A stretch of DNA of 43,999 bases from Octopus bimaculoides (taxonomy: Eukaryota): the NCBI RefSeq assembly GCF_001194135.2, contig NC_068984.1:56382813-56426811 (forward strand), in the 5' to 3' direction. This document shows positions 11,597-25,802 of the stretch, in pieces. How positions within the stretch are numbered: the first letter of the stretch is position 1; every line of letters starts with the position of its first letter. The notes under the pieces are model-generated. The model was given only the letters and a program-made list of their open reading frames with translations. It did not search any database and was not told where the DNA came from. The position numbers and the translations under genes were made by a program.

Positions 11597-11811
11597 TATG
11601 TTTGTGTGTCTGTGTTTGTCCCCCCAACATCGCTTGACAACCAATGCTGGTGTGTTTACGTCCCCGTAACTTAGCGGTTCAACAAAAGAGACCGATAGAA
11701 TAAGTAGTAGGCTTCCAGAGAATAAGTCCTGGGGTCAATTTGCTCGACTAAAGGCGGTGCTCCAGCATGGCCGCAGTCAAATGACTGAAACAAGTAAAAG
11801 AGTAAAAAGAG
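11400..11811 (+). mobile_element. tRNA-headed SINE, family A, full length with internal (TA)n
   Basis: ggcgcaggagtggctgtgtggtaag...ggttccgggttcagtccc (A/B boxes), then ccttgggcaagtgtc, internal (TA)n and a (gtaaaaga)n tail. Other copies lie near 7750-7905(-), 15610-15725(-), 20000-20292(-), 23270-23490(-), 30755-31160(-), 38050-38165(+) and 43290-43470(-). Confidence 0.85.
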
Positions 11812-11885
11812 TATATTTCATGACTTTCAAGAAGACTGAAATTTCTGATTTCTAATTTTCTTTTGGTTCCTAGTTGCCTTTTAAA

Positions 11886-12043
11886 ATGTCTGAAGAGAAG
11901 AGACGCACAGAAGAAATTGAAGATGTTAGCCCAGGCATAGCGTATTTACCATTTGTTAATATGGAAGAACTTTTGGAAAAGCTCCGTCTACTTAATTATG
12001 AAAAAAGCTTTATGACAATAATGAACATGAAACCTCTTTCAAG
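11886..12043 (+). CDS. IFT57: IFT57 coding exon 1
   Basis: Acceptor at 11873/11874, ATG at 11886, MSEEKRR...KPLS AG|gtaagg. Confidence 0.93.
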
Positions 12044-15000
12044 GTAAGGAAGTTATCGTGTCAGAACTAAAGTCTTAGGTTTCCCTTTTGATTAGAGGCA
12101 TACCAAATTATCCCTTGTTTCCAAATTACATTATACTATAAGCACAAGGCCTGAGGGTGCTAGTTGATTGAATCGACCCCAGTATTTCACTGGTACTTTA
12201 TTCATCAACCTTGAAATGATGAAAGGTAAAGTTGGCCTTGGCAGAATTTGAACACAGAACGTAAAGAGAGATAAAATGCTTCTAAACATTTTGCCCAGCA
12301 AGCAAAAAATTCTGTCAGCTCACCACTTTAATAAGAGTAATAATAATAAGTATTGACACAAGGTCAGTCATTTTAGGGGACAATTACAGTGGATTTATTC
12401 AACCTATGTACTTGACTAGTACTTGCTTTATTAACCCTGGAAGAAGGTAAAACAAATCCAACCACAAGAGGATTTGTGATGGGATGTGGATAAATACTCC
12501 AAAGTATTTAGTGTTACACTAAAAACAATCTTCTGCAATAAGGATATTATCATCATCGTTGTTTAATATCCACCTTCTATGCTGATATGTGTGGGAAGGT
12601 TTGACAAGAGCCTGCCAGGCAGAAGCCTGCACCAGACTTCTGTAACTGTTTTGGCAGGATTTTTACAGCTGAATGTCCTTCCTAACACCAACCACTTAGC
12701 TTTTTATGTGGCACATGCTGAAAAAGTTGCTGTCATGCATTATCAAAGACAAAAATCAATATGTTATGCATCCTAATTGCTGAACAATGTGGAGATTTTT
12801 TGCAAACAACTTCCAAATGCAAGTGCTACCAGTTGAAGGCTCTGCATCCCAGATGCTAGCAACCTTATGGGGTTATCAGAAGAGAATGCACACCATTTCA
12901 GGGCCTTCCACTCAATGGCATTATTATGCACCAGCCCCACTTGCTTGATCAGCTGGTTACTTAGTTTCACAGAATATTCTTCCAGGCATTGCTCATCATC
13001 TCTTCTTAACCAAATCCAGTGACTTGCCTTCTCCACTGTAGTCTGAATATCTCTCATAATGGTATTAGCTTTATGATGAGTTAGACCTAGTGGCTACAAC
13101 AATCGCCTCACACTGTGTCCAATGAATCCTCTACATCCAGCTTTCATTGAGAAAAGCTCTGTGTCTTTACATTCCTTGAGGAGGTTTTTATAATTGTGAT
13201 CTATCAAATTAAGAATGCTGAAAAGCTATCTAAATACAAAAATTTAGAGGAAACAGAAATGTAAGAAAGTAGTGGAATGGAACTAAGATCTTTACTCTTA
13301 ATAGAACCTCAGTTGTGATAAACAAAGAGAATAACTAAGAATTAGTATCTCACCCCACAAACTTTTAATTAAAAAACTCTATGACCTCAGTTCAATTTCT
13401 AACAGGTTCAACTTTTGCTTAACATCTTGTGAAAGTAATTATTTTTATCCCCCATTTCTTTTTTTGCTTGTTTGTTTTTCTTTTTTTAGACATTACTTTG
13501 CTCTTCCAACCAATCCTGGAGAACAGTTTTATATGTTCACTTGTTTAGCAGCATGGCTTATACAGGGAACTGGTAGGCAGTTTGACATTCCTCAAGAGGT
13601 ATTTGATTACTATTTCTTCCCGCTTTCATATTTTCTTTTCATTTTCCTACATTTGGGTTTTGGAAAGTGTACATTATGTGGCAAGTTTTACTTTGTTGAT
13701 TGTGTAATGAAAGCTGTCTACTTTCAAGACCAAAGGTTTCAGACCAAGGCCAGAAGATCCTTAGATTGTGGATTGCATAAGCAAAACTTCAGAGCTATAT
13801 GTTTACTTCTGAATGAAATAAGAAACAAGAATCAGATGATTATGATAGTTCTATAAAATTCTGAAAATTGCTCTAAATGTTTTGTGTCTGAACAAATGAG
13901 AGCTTCTTTAACATCAGTTGTTTGGACTGATAATTGATTACAGTGGTATTGTCAATATGTGGCCGGGAACATTACCCAATAGAAGTAATAGTTTTATAGA
14001 GTTCTATGTACAATCTTTTCACAGCCAGCACCTCGGATTCTTCTTAGATTTCAGATAATTTGCCTGAATGATGCTATAAACAAAATATTGGTTGAAACTG
14101 AGAAGAGATAGAATTATACCTTAATTACATCATGGAAAACTCATGGTTACCATTTAAATACATACGCAATTAGGTTCACTTAGCGTTCTTTTTTTTATTT
14201 TTTTATGAGTATTGCAGATTGTTTCCCAACCACTTTTTTATTCCTGGGTAACCTTTGAAATAGATTCCATGTCTCCAGGAACAGCTATATAAAAACTTTT
14301 ATATATCTTTATTAATCTCTTTCTTTTTCTTTCATAAATTAAAATTTTATGAGATATTACATAAATCATAAAACTGTCTATGAAAGCTTTCATGGTGCTA
14401 AATCCATCAGGTGCCGTAAAGAAGCTTTAAAAAATTTCATTTTAGCCAAAACTGTAATCAAATTCCCCCATAATTCGCTACTAAGAGGTCGTTTTTCTCC
14501 TCGGTTCTCCTTACTACGCATAGATGCCAGGATTTCTCTACTTAAGGAGTATGTTGTGTATGTGTATTATGAAAATAGAATTGAACACAAAAATGGTTCA
14601 AAAATGTATTTGTAAATAATAATTAACCTATTTATCACTATTTCTTTGAGACCACTTGTAATCGCTTGAAGAACCCTGTTTTCAAGGAACCCTGGTTATA
14701 AAACGCTGTTAAAATATGTCAAAAAGTTTCATCACACATATATGACTCAGTCACTGACACTGCAGTCAGATTTGAAGTTTTATTAAAAATCTTAGCATTA
14801 TCTCCCTTTGTACTTGTTCTATGATGAGATCGAAAGTGTGATTAATGAGTAAAGGAATTTTGTAGTAACAATTATGATTAACAGTTTATGAAGAAAAGTA
14901 TAATTTCTTGGAGAGGATACCGATAAATCATATAGGTCATACCAGCATCCTCTCCAAGATTCTTTGAAAATTCTTAACCATTTATTCATTTTTGCTGAGG

Positions 15001-16192
15001 CGTTCACATTTTGATTCTTAAATTTATTCTATAAATATTAAATAAAAAGTTTTGTTTCTACTGATTTTCTTGTAGAAAGATGATCCAAATGCAACAATAT
15101 CAAGTATTCTGGAAGTTGTACGAGATTTTGTAAGCCTACACATTTTTTATTTTTAAATTTCAGAATTTCGGATATATTCTTTGTACAACATTAAAATGTA
15201 AATGAAAAGAAAAATAATTTGTAGAGGTAGTTTTTGTAATTGCTGCTTCATGATTAAAGTTGAAGTTTTTGGTAGATCTAAAAAACATATGATGATGAAA
15301 TTTAAGAGGATTTGAATAACAGATTGAAATTATATGTTCTGAAAGAACATGTTTAAATCTAATCAGATGTGTCATAGTTGTCATTTGCATGAACACTTGA
15401 AATATGGAGATGATTTTGTAGTTATAAATCCAGCATGAGCACATTCTGTATTTTCAATAAAGTTAAACAATTCTAATATATAGATCTTAGTGTGGCAAAT
15501 TCGTCTATGTACCAGTAGCCTATCCCCTGTAATTATGTATCAACAACATCTATATATTTGTAACCTTACTCTCTCTCTCTCTCTCTCTCTCTCATTTCAT
15601 TTCATTCACAATACTTGGTTTAATCCACGACTATAGTATTTGGCACTTACCTAAGATGCCACACATTGTGATCAAAATGCAGAACCTCATGATTGCAAGG
15701 CAAAATCCTTAACTAGTCAGCCATGTTGCATCCATACTACCCATAGCTATATGCCATCACAGGGTTTTGCTAACCCTAGTTTTACTCTCATCAAGCATAC
15801 GCACCCATCCCTCATAAAATACCTGTGTCACTTAAGCCATTTTATAACAACAGATGGACAAGACTCACCTGCATTCAACCTTACCACCATCATTACTCTA
15901 CCTGTTTTGTCCATCATGAAGTCTGTGTATATAAGAAACTGTATTGGACCTATTTGTATCCAATACCCTGAAGCCTTTGTGTACGCCCAGTCACTAACCC
16001 TATTCACTTTGTGAGCTTACATGCTCTCACAAACACACACATTGGCAGCATTTGTTCATTTTCTTGAAAACGGGGTCATAACCCCCGAAATATTGAATAC
16101 AAGTTAAGTCTACATTAATTCATATATTTGTTTTCTTGTTATTTATCTTGCATTTACTTCACATTGTTTTGGCCTTACCCACAATCCCTTAT

Positions 16193-16287
<95 letters not shown>

Positions 16288-19200
16288 ATACTCATATTTA
16301 TTTGTTAATGAATGTAATCAATAATAATTAATTTTATCTCTAATTTGTACTGAGAGCATTTTCATTTTAACAGAAAAACCTTTCTGATAGAATATTATTC
16401 TATTTAGGGTTACACACTGAACTTTGCCCCTTCAAAATTAAAGCAAGGTTGTGGTGAACATTGTATTTATGTACTCAATCGTCTGGCTGATGAAGCATTA
16501 AAGAGGCAAAATTTCAAATGGGCAAAGTAAGTATCTACAATATCAATTTTTGCAAGATAGTAGAAATTACACTTATTAAAGTCGGTTTTTGACAACTATT
16601 CTTGTTATTGTTTTTGACCTCTCTCTGGTTCTTCCTGTCATAATTCGCAACCCTCTGAAATTCCCATTTTTGTTCATATTTTCTCACCAAATATTGGTCT
16701 TCAGATTTCAAGCTGAACATCAACCACATCCACCTCACTAAGATATGCAATGGCTATTTCTTCAAATATCTAATTCACAGAGATGGATAATAAAATGATT
16801 TGGAATAACTTGCATACGTAATCCATCATAGTTATGGCTAATGAGAAAAATGGGAAAACAAAATACAGTTTTGTTTCTTTTTAGCTCCAACTCACCTCCA
16901 ATCAAGCATACCTGTGAGCAAACACATTTCAACTGTGACCATATCATCATCATCATCATCCTCATTTAGTGTCCGTTTTCCATGCTAGCATCGGTATGAC
17001 AATTTGACTGAAGCTGGTAAGCCGGAGAACTGCACCGGGCTCCAGTCTGTTTTGGCTTGGTTTTTATGGCTGGATACCCTTCCTGCACAGGCATAACTGC
17101 CTGGTTAAGGAGTTGATTGTTCAATCATGTATGGGTATGGACTCAATTGCAAGATTATCACTGGTTGGCTTTGGGCTTTGGCAGAAGTGGGTATGCTATA
17201 GAATTCAAAGCAGAATTGTCCTAACAAAACCAAGATATACTGTTGGTCATATGGATGAAACTGATTAATGATATTTGGTTACATCTTTTTACATTATCAG
17301 TTCAAAACTGATAGCATCATGGTAGCATGTTGCAGGTATGTGTATTCATGCACATTCACTCAATGGAAGCCACTTATAATCATGGATAGTGTTACCAACC
17401 AGTAATTATTATCAAAATTAGTGGCAGCTAAACTCTCCCCCAGTTTAATATTAACAATTGGATATTGTTATTGAAAAGGCTTTATCGCCATATAATCAAA
17501 ATAAGCGTGTATGTGTGTGTATTGAATGTGAAAAAAAAAGAATTTGTGTTTTACTGAAATGAAGGAACAATTAATCCAAGAACAAATATCATTTTAGTCT
17601 GAATTTTGTAATAACTTTGTGTTGTTTAGACCAGTTTATCCTGAAGAAGAGGAAGATGAAGAAATTGTTATAATGGCTGAAGATATGGAACTAGATCTCA
17701 ATAAGATGGAAGAGGATGGTATTGTTGTAAGTACTTGTCACCAAAATGTTCCTTAAGTATTAGCATATTTGAATTTATATCTATTACAAAGATAATAATA
17801 ATGACATCAACGATTTGTATAGAATTGGATGAAAAGGAAATTTTTTTGTGAGATATAGGATGGAAAATGTACATAGTATACAAAATGTATGAATATATGG
17901 ATGATACAGTCCTCTGAGTCTCCAGCTTGGGCAAGCAAAGTAACCTACTGATTTAATACCACACTAACCACATGTGTCCTCTCCCAAATGTTGTTCTGTG
18001 ATCTACAAGCACATACTTTGGGGAGTTCTTTTCTCTGTTATCATTTTCCCTACAATCACCCACCCTTTGATAAATTCTCTAGAGGAGGACACTTCCCTCA
18101 CAATCTTCACTTTACTTTTCAAGTGGAACTTAAAATGTTGATAAGGACTAAAATAAAGAGAAAAGTGTCTATCCTCATTCTTTTCATTGTCATCCATCTC
18201 ACAACCTCTTTCTCCATAGCCACAAAACAGGGAAAATGCCTGCCCAGCCCTATTACAATGTCTGTAAAGTTTGTCTCAATCTGCCCTACAGTAGCACAGC
18301 TTGACTAAGAATTACCTCGAATATAGGAAACTGAATAAAACATTCACTTATGATGCAAATACTACTCAGCTGAATAAAAATCCAGCATATACAATATAGG
18401 CAGTATTATGCTATATGGTAGTGAATCATAGGCTGTGACCACTGAGGACATGCAAAGGCTTGAAAGAAATGAAGCCAGCATGCTCTGCTGGGTGGATAAT
18501 GTGCATGTATGACAAAGATGGATAATGTGCATGTATGACAAAGATGGATAATTTGCATGTATGACAAAGCATGCTCTGCTGGATGGATAATATGCATGTA
18601 TGACAAAGTGTAATTTGAGAAAAAAACTGGGTATATGGAGCATCAGATGTAGTATGCAAGGAAGACTGCAATGGTATAGTAATGTGATGCGTATGGATGA
18701 GGATAGCTGCATCAAAAAGTGCCAATCTTTAATTGTGGAGGGAATGTGTTGAAGGGATAGATCCAAGATGATGTTGGGACAAAGCGATAAGAAAGGATCT
18801 TCAGATGTTGAACCACACAGAAGAGATGACAAGAGACTGAGACTTCTGGCAGTTTACTGTGCTTGAGAAGATACGTCAAGCTAAGTAAAATCATAGCCAT
18901 CCATACATACAAACATGTTCTCTGCATCTCTCTCTCAGCTGAGAGATCCTACTCTTGCAGGATTGGAGGTGCTGGGGGCTATGTAAAAGCACTTGTGCTG
19001 GGGCCACATAAAAGCACTTGCGCTGGGGCCACTTAAAAGCACTCGTGCTGGGGCCACTTAAAAGCACTCGTGCTGGTTACACATAAAAATACCCATACCA
19101 CTGCCATGTTAAAAGCACTCAGTACAGTCTGTAAAGTGTTTGGTATTAGGAAGGGCATCCAGCCATAGAAACCCTGCCAAATCAGATAAATGGATCTTAG

Positions 19201-22200
19201 GCAGCTCTCCAGCTGGCTAGCTCCTGCCAAACCATCCAACCCATGCCAGCATGAAGAATGGACATTAAATGATGATGTGTATCATACATAGTGTACAAAC
19301 ACCATTGATTGACTTGTTACTGCGGTATTTGTCCTGAGATGACATCCCTTATAAGTGTGCTGTGTTAAAAATATAACAAATATCAGAATGAAACAAAAGG
19401 TTACCCCAGCAGTAACCAACAAGATCAACTGATGCATTTCAGCCTTTTTAGACCCTTTTAGTAATGTGAACTTGCAGCCATCCACATGCTTGGATGAGAA
19501 TTCATCATTTCAAATACAGGAAATAGGGACTAAAACATTCACTGATGTTGCAGATAGCTGCCTGCCTGAATAAAAATTTAGTATGCACAAATGAAGCAGT
19601 ATTGACCCTTTAGCATTCAGATTACTTTGTCAAATGTAACACTTATTTATTCATATTATTTTGAATTAATCATAGCTTATCTCATAGCTTTGAGATTTCA
19701 ATAATGTGACTGTTTATTTGTAGAATGACATTGCAGTGTAAGTATAAGAGGTTGGATCTGGCAAGTTTGAACATAAAACAGGTTGAATATTTGGGCTAGA
19801 TATTTTATTTTATTATATTTTTTTCTCATTTGCTATTTCTTGTAGGATGAAGCTGATGCTGGTGATGATTTTGATGAAGAACCTCTGATGAGATTAGATA
19901 ATTTACAATCCCTCAAAGAATCAAAGGTAAAATCAGTTTCAAATTTTGGCACAAGGCATGCAAGATTGGGGTGGGGTTAAGTCAATTACATCCACCCCAG
20001 TGTTCTTTGACCAAACCACTAAGTTACAGGGGCATAAAGACACCAACATTAATCTCCTAGTAGTGATGGGAGACAAACATACACACAGACAGACAGACAC
20101 ACACACACACATATATAAATATATATATATGACAGGCTTCTTTGAGTTTCCGTCTACCAAATCCACTCACAAGGCTTTGGTCAGCCTAAGGCTAGAGTAG
20201 AAGACACTTGCCCAAGGTGCCACACAGTGGGACTGAACCTGGAACCATATGGTTGTGAAAGAAGCTTCTTATCCCACAGCTATGCCTGCCCCTGGATACA
20301 TCTTATGTTGCTACAAGAACCCGAGAGGTTATCATCAACATGACTAATGATTATTCTTTACCCTACATAGTCTCCCTTCAATCTGTTTATAAATTCATTT
20401 CTAATGCAGTGGGGTAACCATATATGGACAGTTCTCTATATGAACAAATTGAATAACAAACAAATTTTCAGAAGAAAAACTCACATAATGTGCTGTAATT
20501 TGATCAACAGCACATTAGTAGACCCACCACCCACCCACTATACACACACATGAGAGGAGAGCTAATTTGCTTAACAAGCTGATATTTGAACAACAAAATA
20601 TGAATAGACTACACACACATGTAGTGACTGGGAGAATATATGCAAATGGTTTCTTGGCAGAATTCTGGTTTAAGCATCCCATATAACCCCTCTTAACTTT
20701 TTGTTTTTGGGAATTTTCAGAAAATTTTTGCAAATTTGTGTTCTACATGCAGGAATACTTACAATTATGCAAAAAAAAAAATGAAAAAACTTTTTGTGTG
20801 TAGGTGATTTAGCTGGTGTTTTTAGCAGATTCCACGATCATTTCTTAGTCGCTCTAAAATGTATTGATGTTTTTCAATATTTTTCTCTCCATAAACACAT
20901 TTAATGGAATGATGATGCATGCACCCAAGGGTAGTTTCATTGCTGGGATTTAAGCCAAAAATTTGAAATGTCCATATTTTAAACTCTGATTTTTAAAAAA
21001 AATTTTTAAAAACTGGAAATTTTTGGATTAAAAAAATTATCAAACATTTTTTTGCATAATTGTAAGAATTCCTGTGTGTGGAATATAAGTTTGAAAAAAT
21101 TTTCTGAAAATCCCAAATAAAAAATTTATGAAGGATTATATGGAGTGCTTAAACCAGAATTCCACTGGTTTGTTATTGTCCGTCTACGCATTTCATGTGG
21201 CTTGCATATTTTCATATTTTACAAAGAAAATAATATTTTTGTTTGCTTTTGAAGGTTGGACAATTAAAACATAATTTAATTCCTTTATGTGGAATTTGGG
21301 TTTAGCTTGGAATGGATTATTCCTGTGAGGAACAATTTGGTTAGCAAACAGGGCTCTAGAATGGATTATTCTATAGCCACAAGGTTTCACATTTTGGGAG
21401 AAGGAAACAATCTATAATGTCCACCCTAGTACTTGATTGATCCTTACTTTATTGACTCCAGAAAGATAAAAAGCAACGTTAACTTTGACAGGATTTAAAC
21501 TTGGAACATAGAGGAATGTAACCAAATATTACTGTGTATTTTGTCAAATCCTCTACCAATTTTGCCATTCCACAACCCTTATCTATATAAGGCAACATTC
21601 TGCACCCTATGCAATGACATTTGGCATCCCAAAGGGATCTGTTCTTGGGTCCATCTTGTTTGTTGCATATATTAACAAAATAGATACCAGCTTAAGCATG
21701 ATACTGTGTTAAAATATGTAGATGACACTGAAGTGTACCTTGAGAAAAATGGAATGGATCCTATATGCTTTAGATCTTTCCAGAAATCTGACCTGGAAGC
21801 AATGCAGCAATTGATTACTGACTGACAAATCAAACTGGCTGTAGATAAGTGCACCACTATATACTATTGGAGAAAAAGCTGTTGGGCCTTCACTCTCACT
21901 GCAGATTTCTTCTGTTGCACATGTATTCTCAACATAGCATCTACTGTATCACAAAGTATAACCTTCTGCTTCAGCACCAGAAAAAAAACCTCATTTCCTT
22001 CCCCCATCCCTTTCTATAAAGCTCAAAACCTGCCCTGAAGTACTCTTTCCACATTAGTGGAAGTGTTGCTGTTGCTGCTATAGATATTACAGATTGTATC
22101 TGAAGGAAGAAAGCTTACTGATATGCTGCCTCATCTCTCTGGTTTTTCTAGCATAACTACAGTGGCCTCTACTCTGCAGATCTTGATGATCTTGTGCCAC

Positions 22201-25200
22201 CTCCATTCAGAAACTCCCTACTTGTCTCTTGCTCTTGCTACCAATATCGTGTCCACTTTCACAGGACCCACACTAGCTACTATATTCAGTATTTCCCCAG
22301 GATAGCCCCATTACTTTCTTCCTATCAATGTTTTTCTTGCCATTCTTGACTTTCACCTGTTTAATAGGAATTTTAACCATGCAGGTTTCATATCCCTTGG
22401 AGGGCTTGCAAAGGCCATGAACATAATGTCTCTCTAATTAAAAAAAGAAAATCTTTTTTTTTATTATTTTAGGTTAATATCTGATGCAAGTAAAACTGTA
22501 CAAGTGGTTATTTATCATACTCTATTTCCAGTTGAAAGAAGGTAGCAGTAAACCTGATAATATCTTGGAATCTCAGACAAACCTTGATGAATGGCTTCTG
22601 GAAGTACAAAGAGTAACACCACAGCTGAAAGTTTTAATTAGAACTGATAACAAGGTAAATAAAATTGTTTTTTTTTTCTCTTTTAATATTCCCTAACTTG
22701 AAATCTGGAAAATGTTATCTACAGAGTATTTAATTTTATTCTTTGTTTTGAGTTCTAATTCTATTGCAATCATTTTTGTACCTAATCCTTCTGAGATAAT
22801 TAAAGTAAAAACCAGTGCAGTACCAAGTACATCTCTCATGAGATTAAGTTGATTTGGGGTTCTGGTAAAAAGAATTCATCTTAATCCTAGGTTAGGACAG
22901 TAGCAGACTAATACAATACAGTATCTGTTTAGCTTTGCACTTCTAGGTTCAGAATTCAAACCCTCTCTAAGGATATTAATAGTAAGCTGTTTAGTCAGTT
23001 CAGTTTATTACATACTTTTCCCTAAAATATTGGCCTTTTATTGACTCAAAATTGATCATTATCAATTACTTGAGTAACAAAGATTATAGTGTAGATGTAA
23101 GTCTCGAGTGTGTGAAACAGATGACTTGTGAATGTTATAAGTTAAAGCTTCTTCAAGGTTAGGAAGAGGTAGTCAGTGGTGGGATTATTTTTTATTTTAT
23201 ATTACATTGGTTACAGGTTTCCTACAAACCTTCAATGGTTCACTTTATTTTTGATGGTGGCATTCAGGAGACTTCATTCAAAGAGCACCAGTTGTTCACT
23301 AATGTTTACATCCTTCACTAATATACAGTGAAATATATAAACATACACACACACATATGCAAGACAGGCTTCTGCTCCTATGGTATTGATCAACCCAAGA
23401 TCACAGTAGAAGACACTCACCCATGATGCCGTGTAGTGGGATTGAATACATAGCAACATGTTTGCAAAACAAACTTCTCAACCATACAACCAAATCTTCA
23501 TATATCAGAGAATTACAAGAAGTTATTTAATCCTTATTTTACCTGTAATCAACATCACCTTAAAGCATGGACATGCTAGGCACTTGTCTGAGAGCTCCAC
23601 AGGTCTAGGGACCAAATTTTAAAATATGTATACTGAAATTGTGTTTAAAGGGGGTCCCTGGACCATTGCTTTGCCTTGGGACCCATAGTGCTTTTGAGGC
23701 AACCTTGCTTGTAATTCATTGAGCTAATGAGGAGGGGGCTTGGAAAAGTTGCTAATATACTAGAAATAGCAACACTAAATGACCGCAATTAAACTGCCTT
23801 GAATCATTGGTCTGCTTCATCAGGGTTAACCTATTGCTAAATAACAACAACCTGTAATCCAGCAAAATCACACATCTAGTTCATCTCTTATTATAACTAC
23901 CCTGGACAAAATGTAGCTGATTATGTAATCATTTGGTTGAAATTTTATTGCATACTTTCCCTAAAGATATAATATGCATGAATTATGCATTTCTTTATGT
24001 GTGTGGAAGGAGAATGGTATTCCTGCTGTGGTTTTATCTCTTGTTATATACAGTTATAATCATCAAAAATCATTGATATCGTCATCATTGATTTCGTGTT
24101 TACTTTCTCAAGAAGTCATAGTCTAAACCAGTGGCTCTCAACCATTTTTTTTTTTACCTATGGACCCATTTGATTATTTTTCTATTCTGGTGGACCTCCA
24201 TCACCCCTTGATGTTTAAAAACTAGTTTTATAGATACTTCTTTCAAAATTACTATTTTGTTTTTCATGCATTAACTTATGTATGTAGGCTGAACTTATGT
24301 AAAATGTTAGAGAAAGAAACCAAGCTGTTTATTAGCAACCTGGCAAAATTTCTTCATGATCTCTTAATATACCACTATGGCTTTCCAATTTACTGTTTTG
24401 CTTGTGTGGATCCCAACAAATCTTATATGGACCCTAGTTGAGAACCACTGGTCTAAACAAATTTAAGGTCAGTATATTTTCATTGGTTATGATCATGTAT
24501 TGTCTTACTTGTATCAATATGGTAATGGCTATTATTCACTGATGAGATCAAAATGAGACTAAAACATGCTCAGAGTTATTCATCCATTCTTATCAACAAA
24601 TGGAAATAAGTATTTGTCTTGTTTATAAGTTCATCTATCTGTCAAAACTTCTAGGCATGTTCCTGCAAGAGACTAACCTGACCATCTGTACAGGCACACA
24701 AGTTGGTATTATTATATACTGGTCCTATTGACACTAGGAAGGATTAGGATTAATTAACTGTCATGAGGGACCTTCAAAATTATGTCTATTAAAGTTTGTT
24801 GAAGACATTAAACTTATTTGATTTTTGCAGGATTGGCGACTCCACGTCGATCAAATGCATCAACACAAGAACAACATTGAAGTCTCCATGGAAGAAACCA
24901 AGTCCTATCTTCAAGAACTCCAAGATGAAATAGATCGATCCCTAGAGAAAATTCGTAGCCGTGAGAAATACACAAACAAGCAGCTGGATCATTCTCTCAC
25001 AGAATTCCGTGCCTTACAGGATCAGCTGGCTGAGATCAAAGAACGATACCGACAAGCAAGTGGTGGATTAACTGACCGTTCACGTATCTTGGCCGAAGTA
25101 AGTCTTGCTTTACACTCTGACTCTTGTTATTATTGTTATTGTTATCATTAAGGGGCGAGCTGGTAGAATCATTATCACACCAATAAGAATCTCAGCAGCA

Positions 25201-25740
25201 TTTCTTCTGACTTAACGTTCTGAGTTCAAATGCTGTCAGGGTCGACTTTGCCTTTTGTTCTTTTTGGAGTTGATAAAAAAAAGTATCATTCGTGGCCAGT
25301 AAAAGAAATCATTATTATTATTATTATTATTATTATTCAGTAGTTTTATTTTTATAACGTGCTTTCACTTCACTACCGAGCGCAGCTCTGTGCGCCTTGG
25401 GTATGTGCTGTGGTTTGCTGTGGTGCTCTTATGTTTACTGTATTGAAAGTGTTTTGCGTAGAATGTGTGCAGTACCCAGTAGTGCAATTTTCTGTATGTT
25501 ATATATATTTGTAAGTCCTGGTATTTTTGTTATGTATTTGTCTGAATATTTTTTTATTATACCTAAGGCACCTACTATGATAGGAATTGTTTCTGTTTTT
25601 AGATTCCACATTCGAGTTATCTCTATTTCCAGGTCTTTGTATTTTGAAAGTTTTTCCATTTCTTTTAGAGAAATGTTGTCATCTGCTGGTATTGATACAT
25701 CAATTAGAAAGCATTTTTTTTCTTCATGATCTTTGACAAC

Positions 25741-25802
<62 letters not shown>

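Noticed and set aside
14215-14708. Possible second hAT MITE (cagattgtttcccaacc...ggttataaaacgctg)
   Set aside because: The termini match only loosely and no 8-bp TSD is visible, so it is not called.
14819-14840. ATGATGAG-ATC-GAAAG as a mini hammerhead
   Set aside because: C3 is missing, stem II would be 1 bp with a 2-nt loop, and stems I and III are absent.
18984-19075. CRISPR-like array of 25-bp repeats
   Set aside because: The units are head-to-tail with no unique spacers, in eukaryotic context inside an RTE 3' UTR. It is a minisatellite.
23805-23830. CTGATGAAG on the - strand as a hammerhead core
   Set aside because: There is no stem II or GAAA downstream. It looks like a variant of the common ccctgatcgagcagacc repeat, seen decayed near 11155 and 33583.
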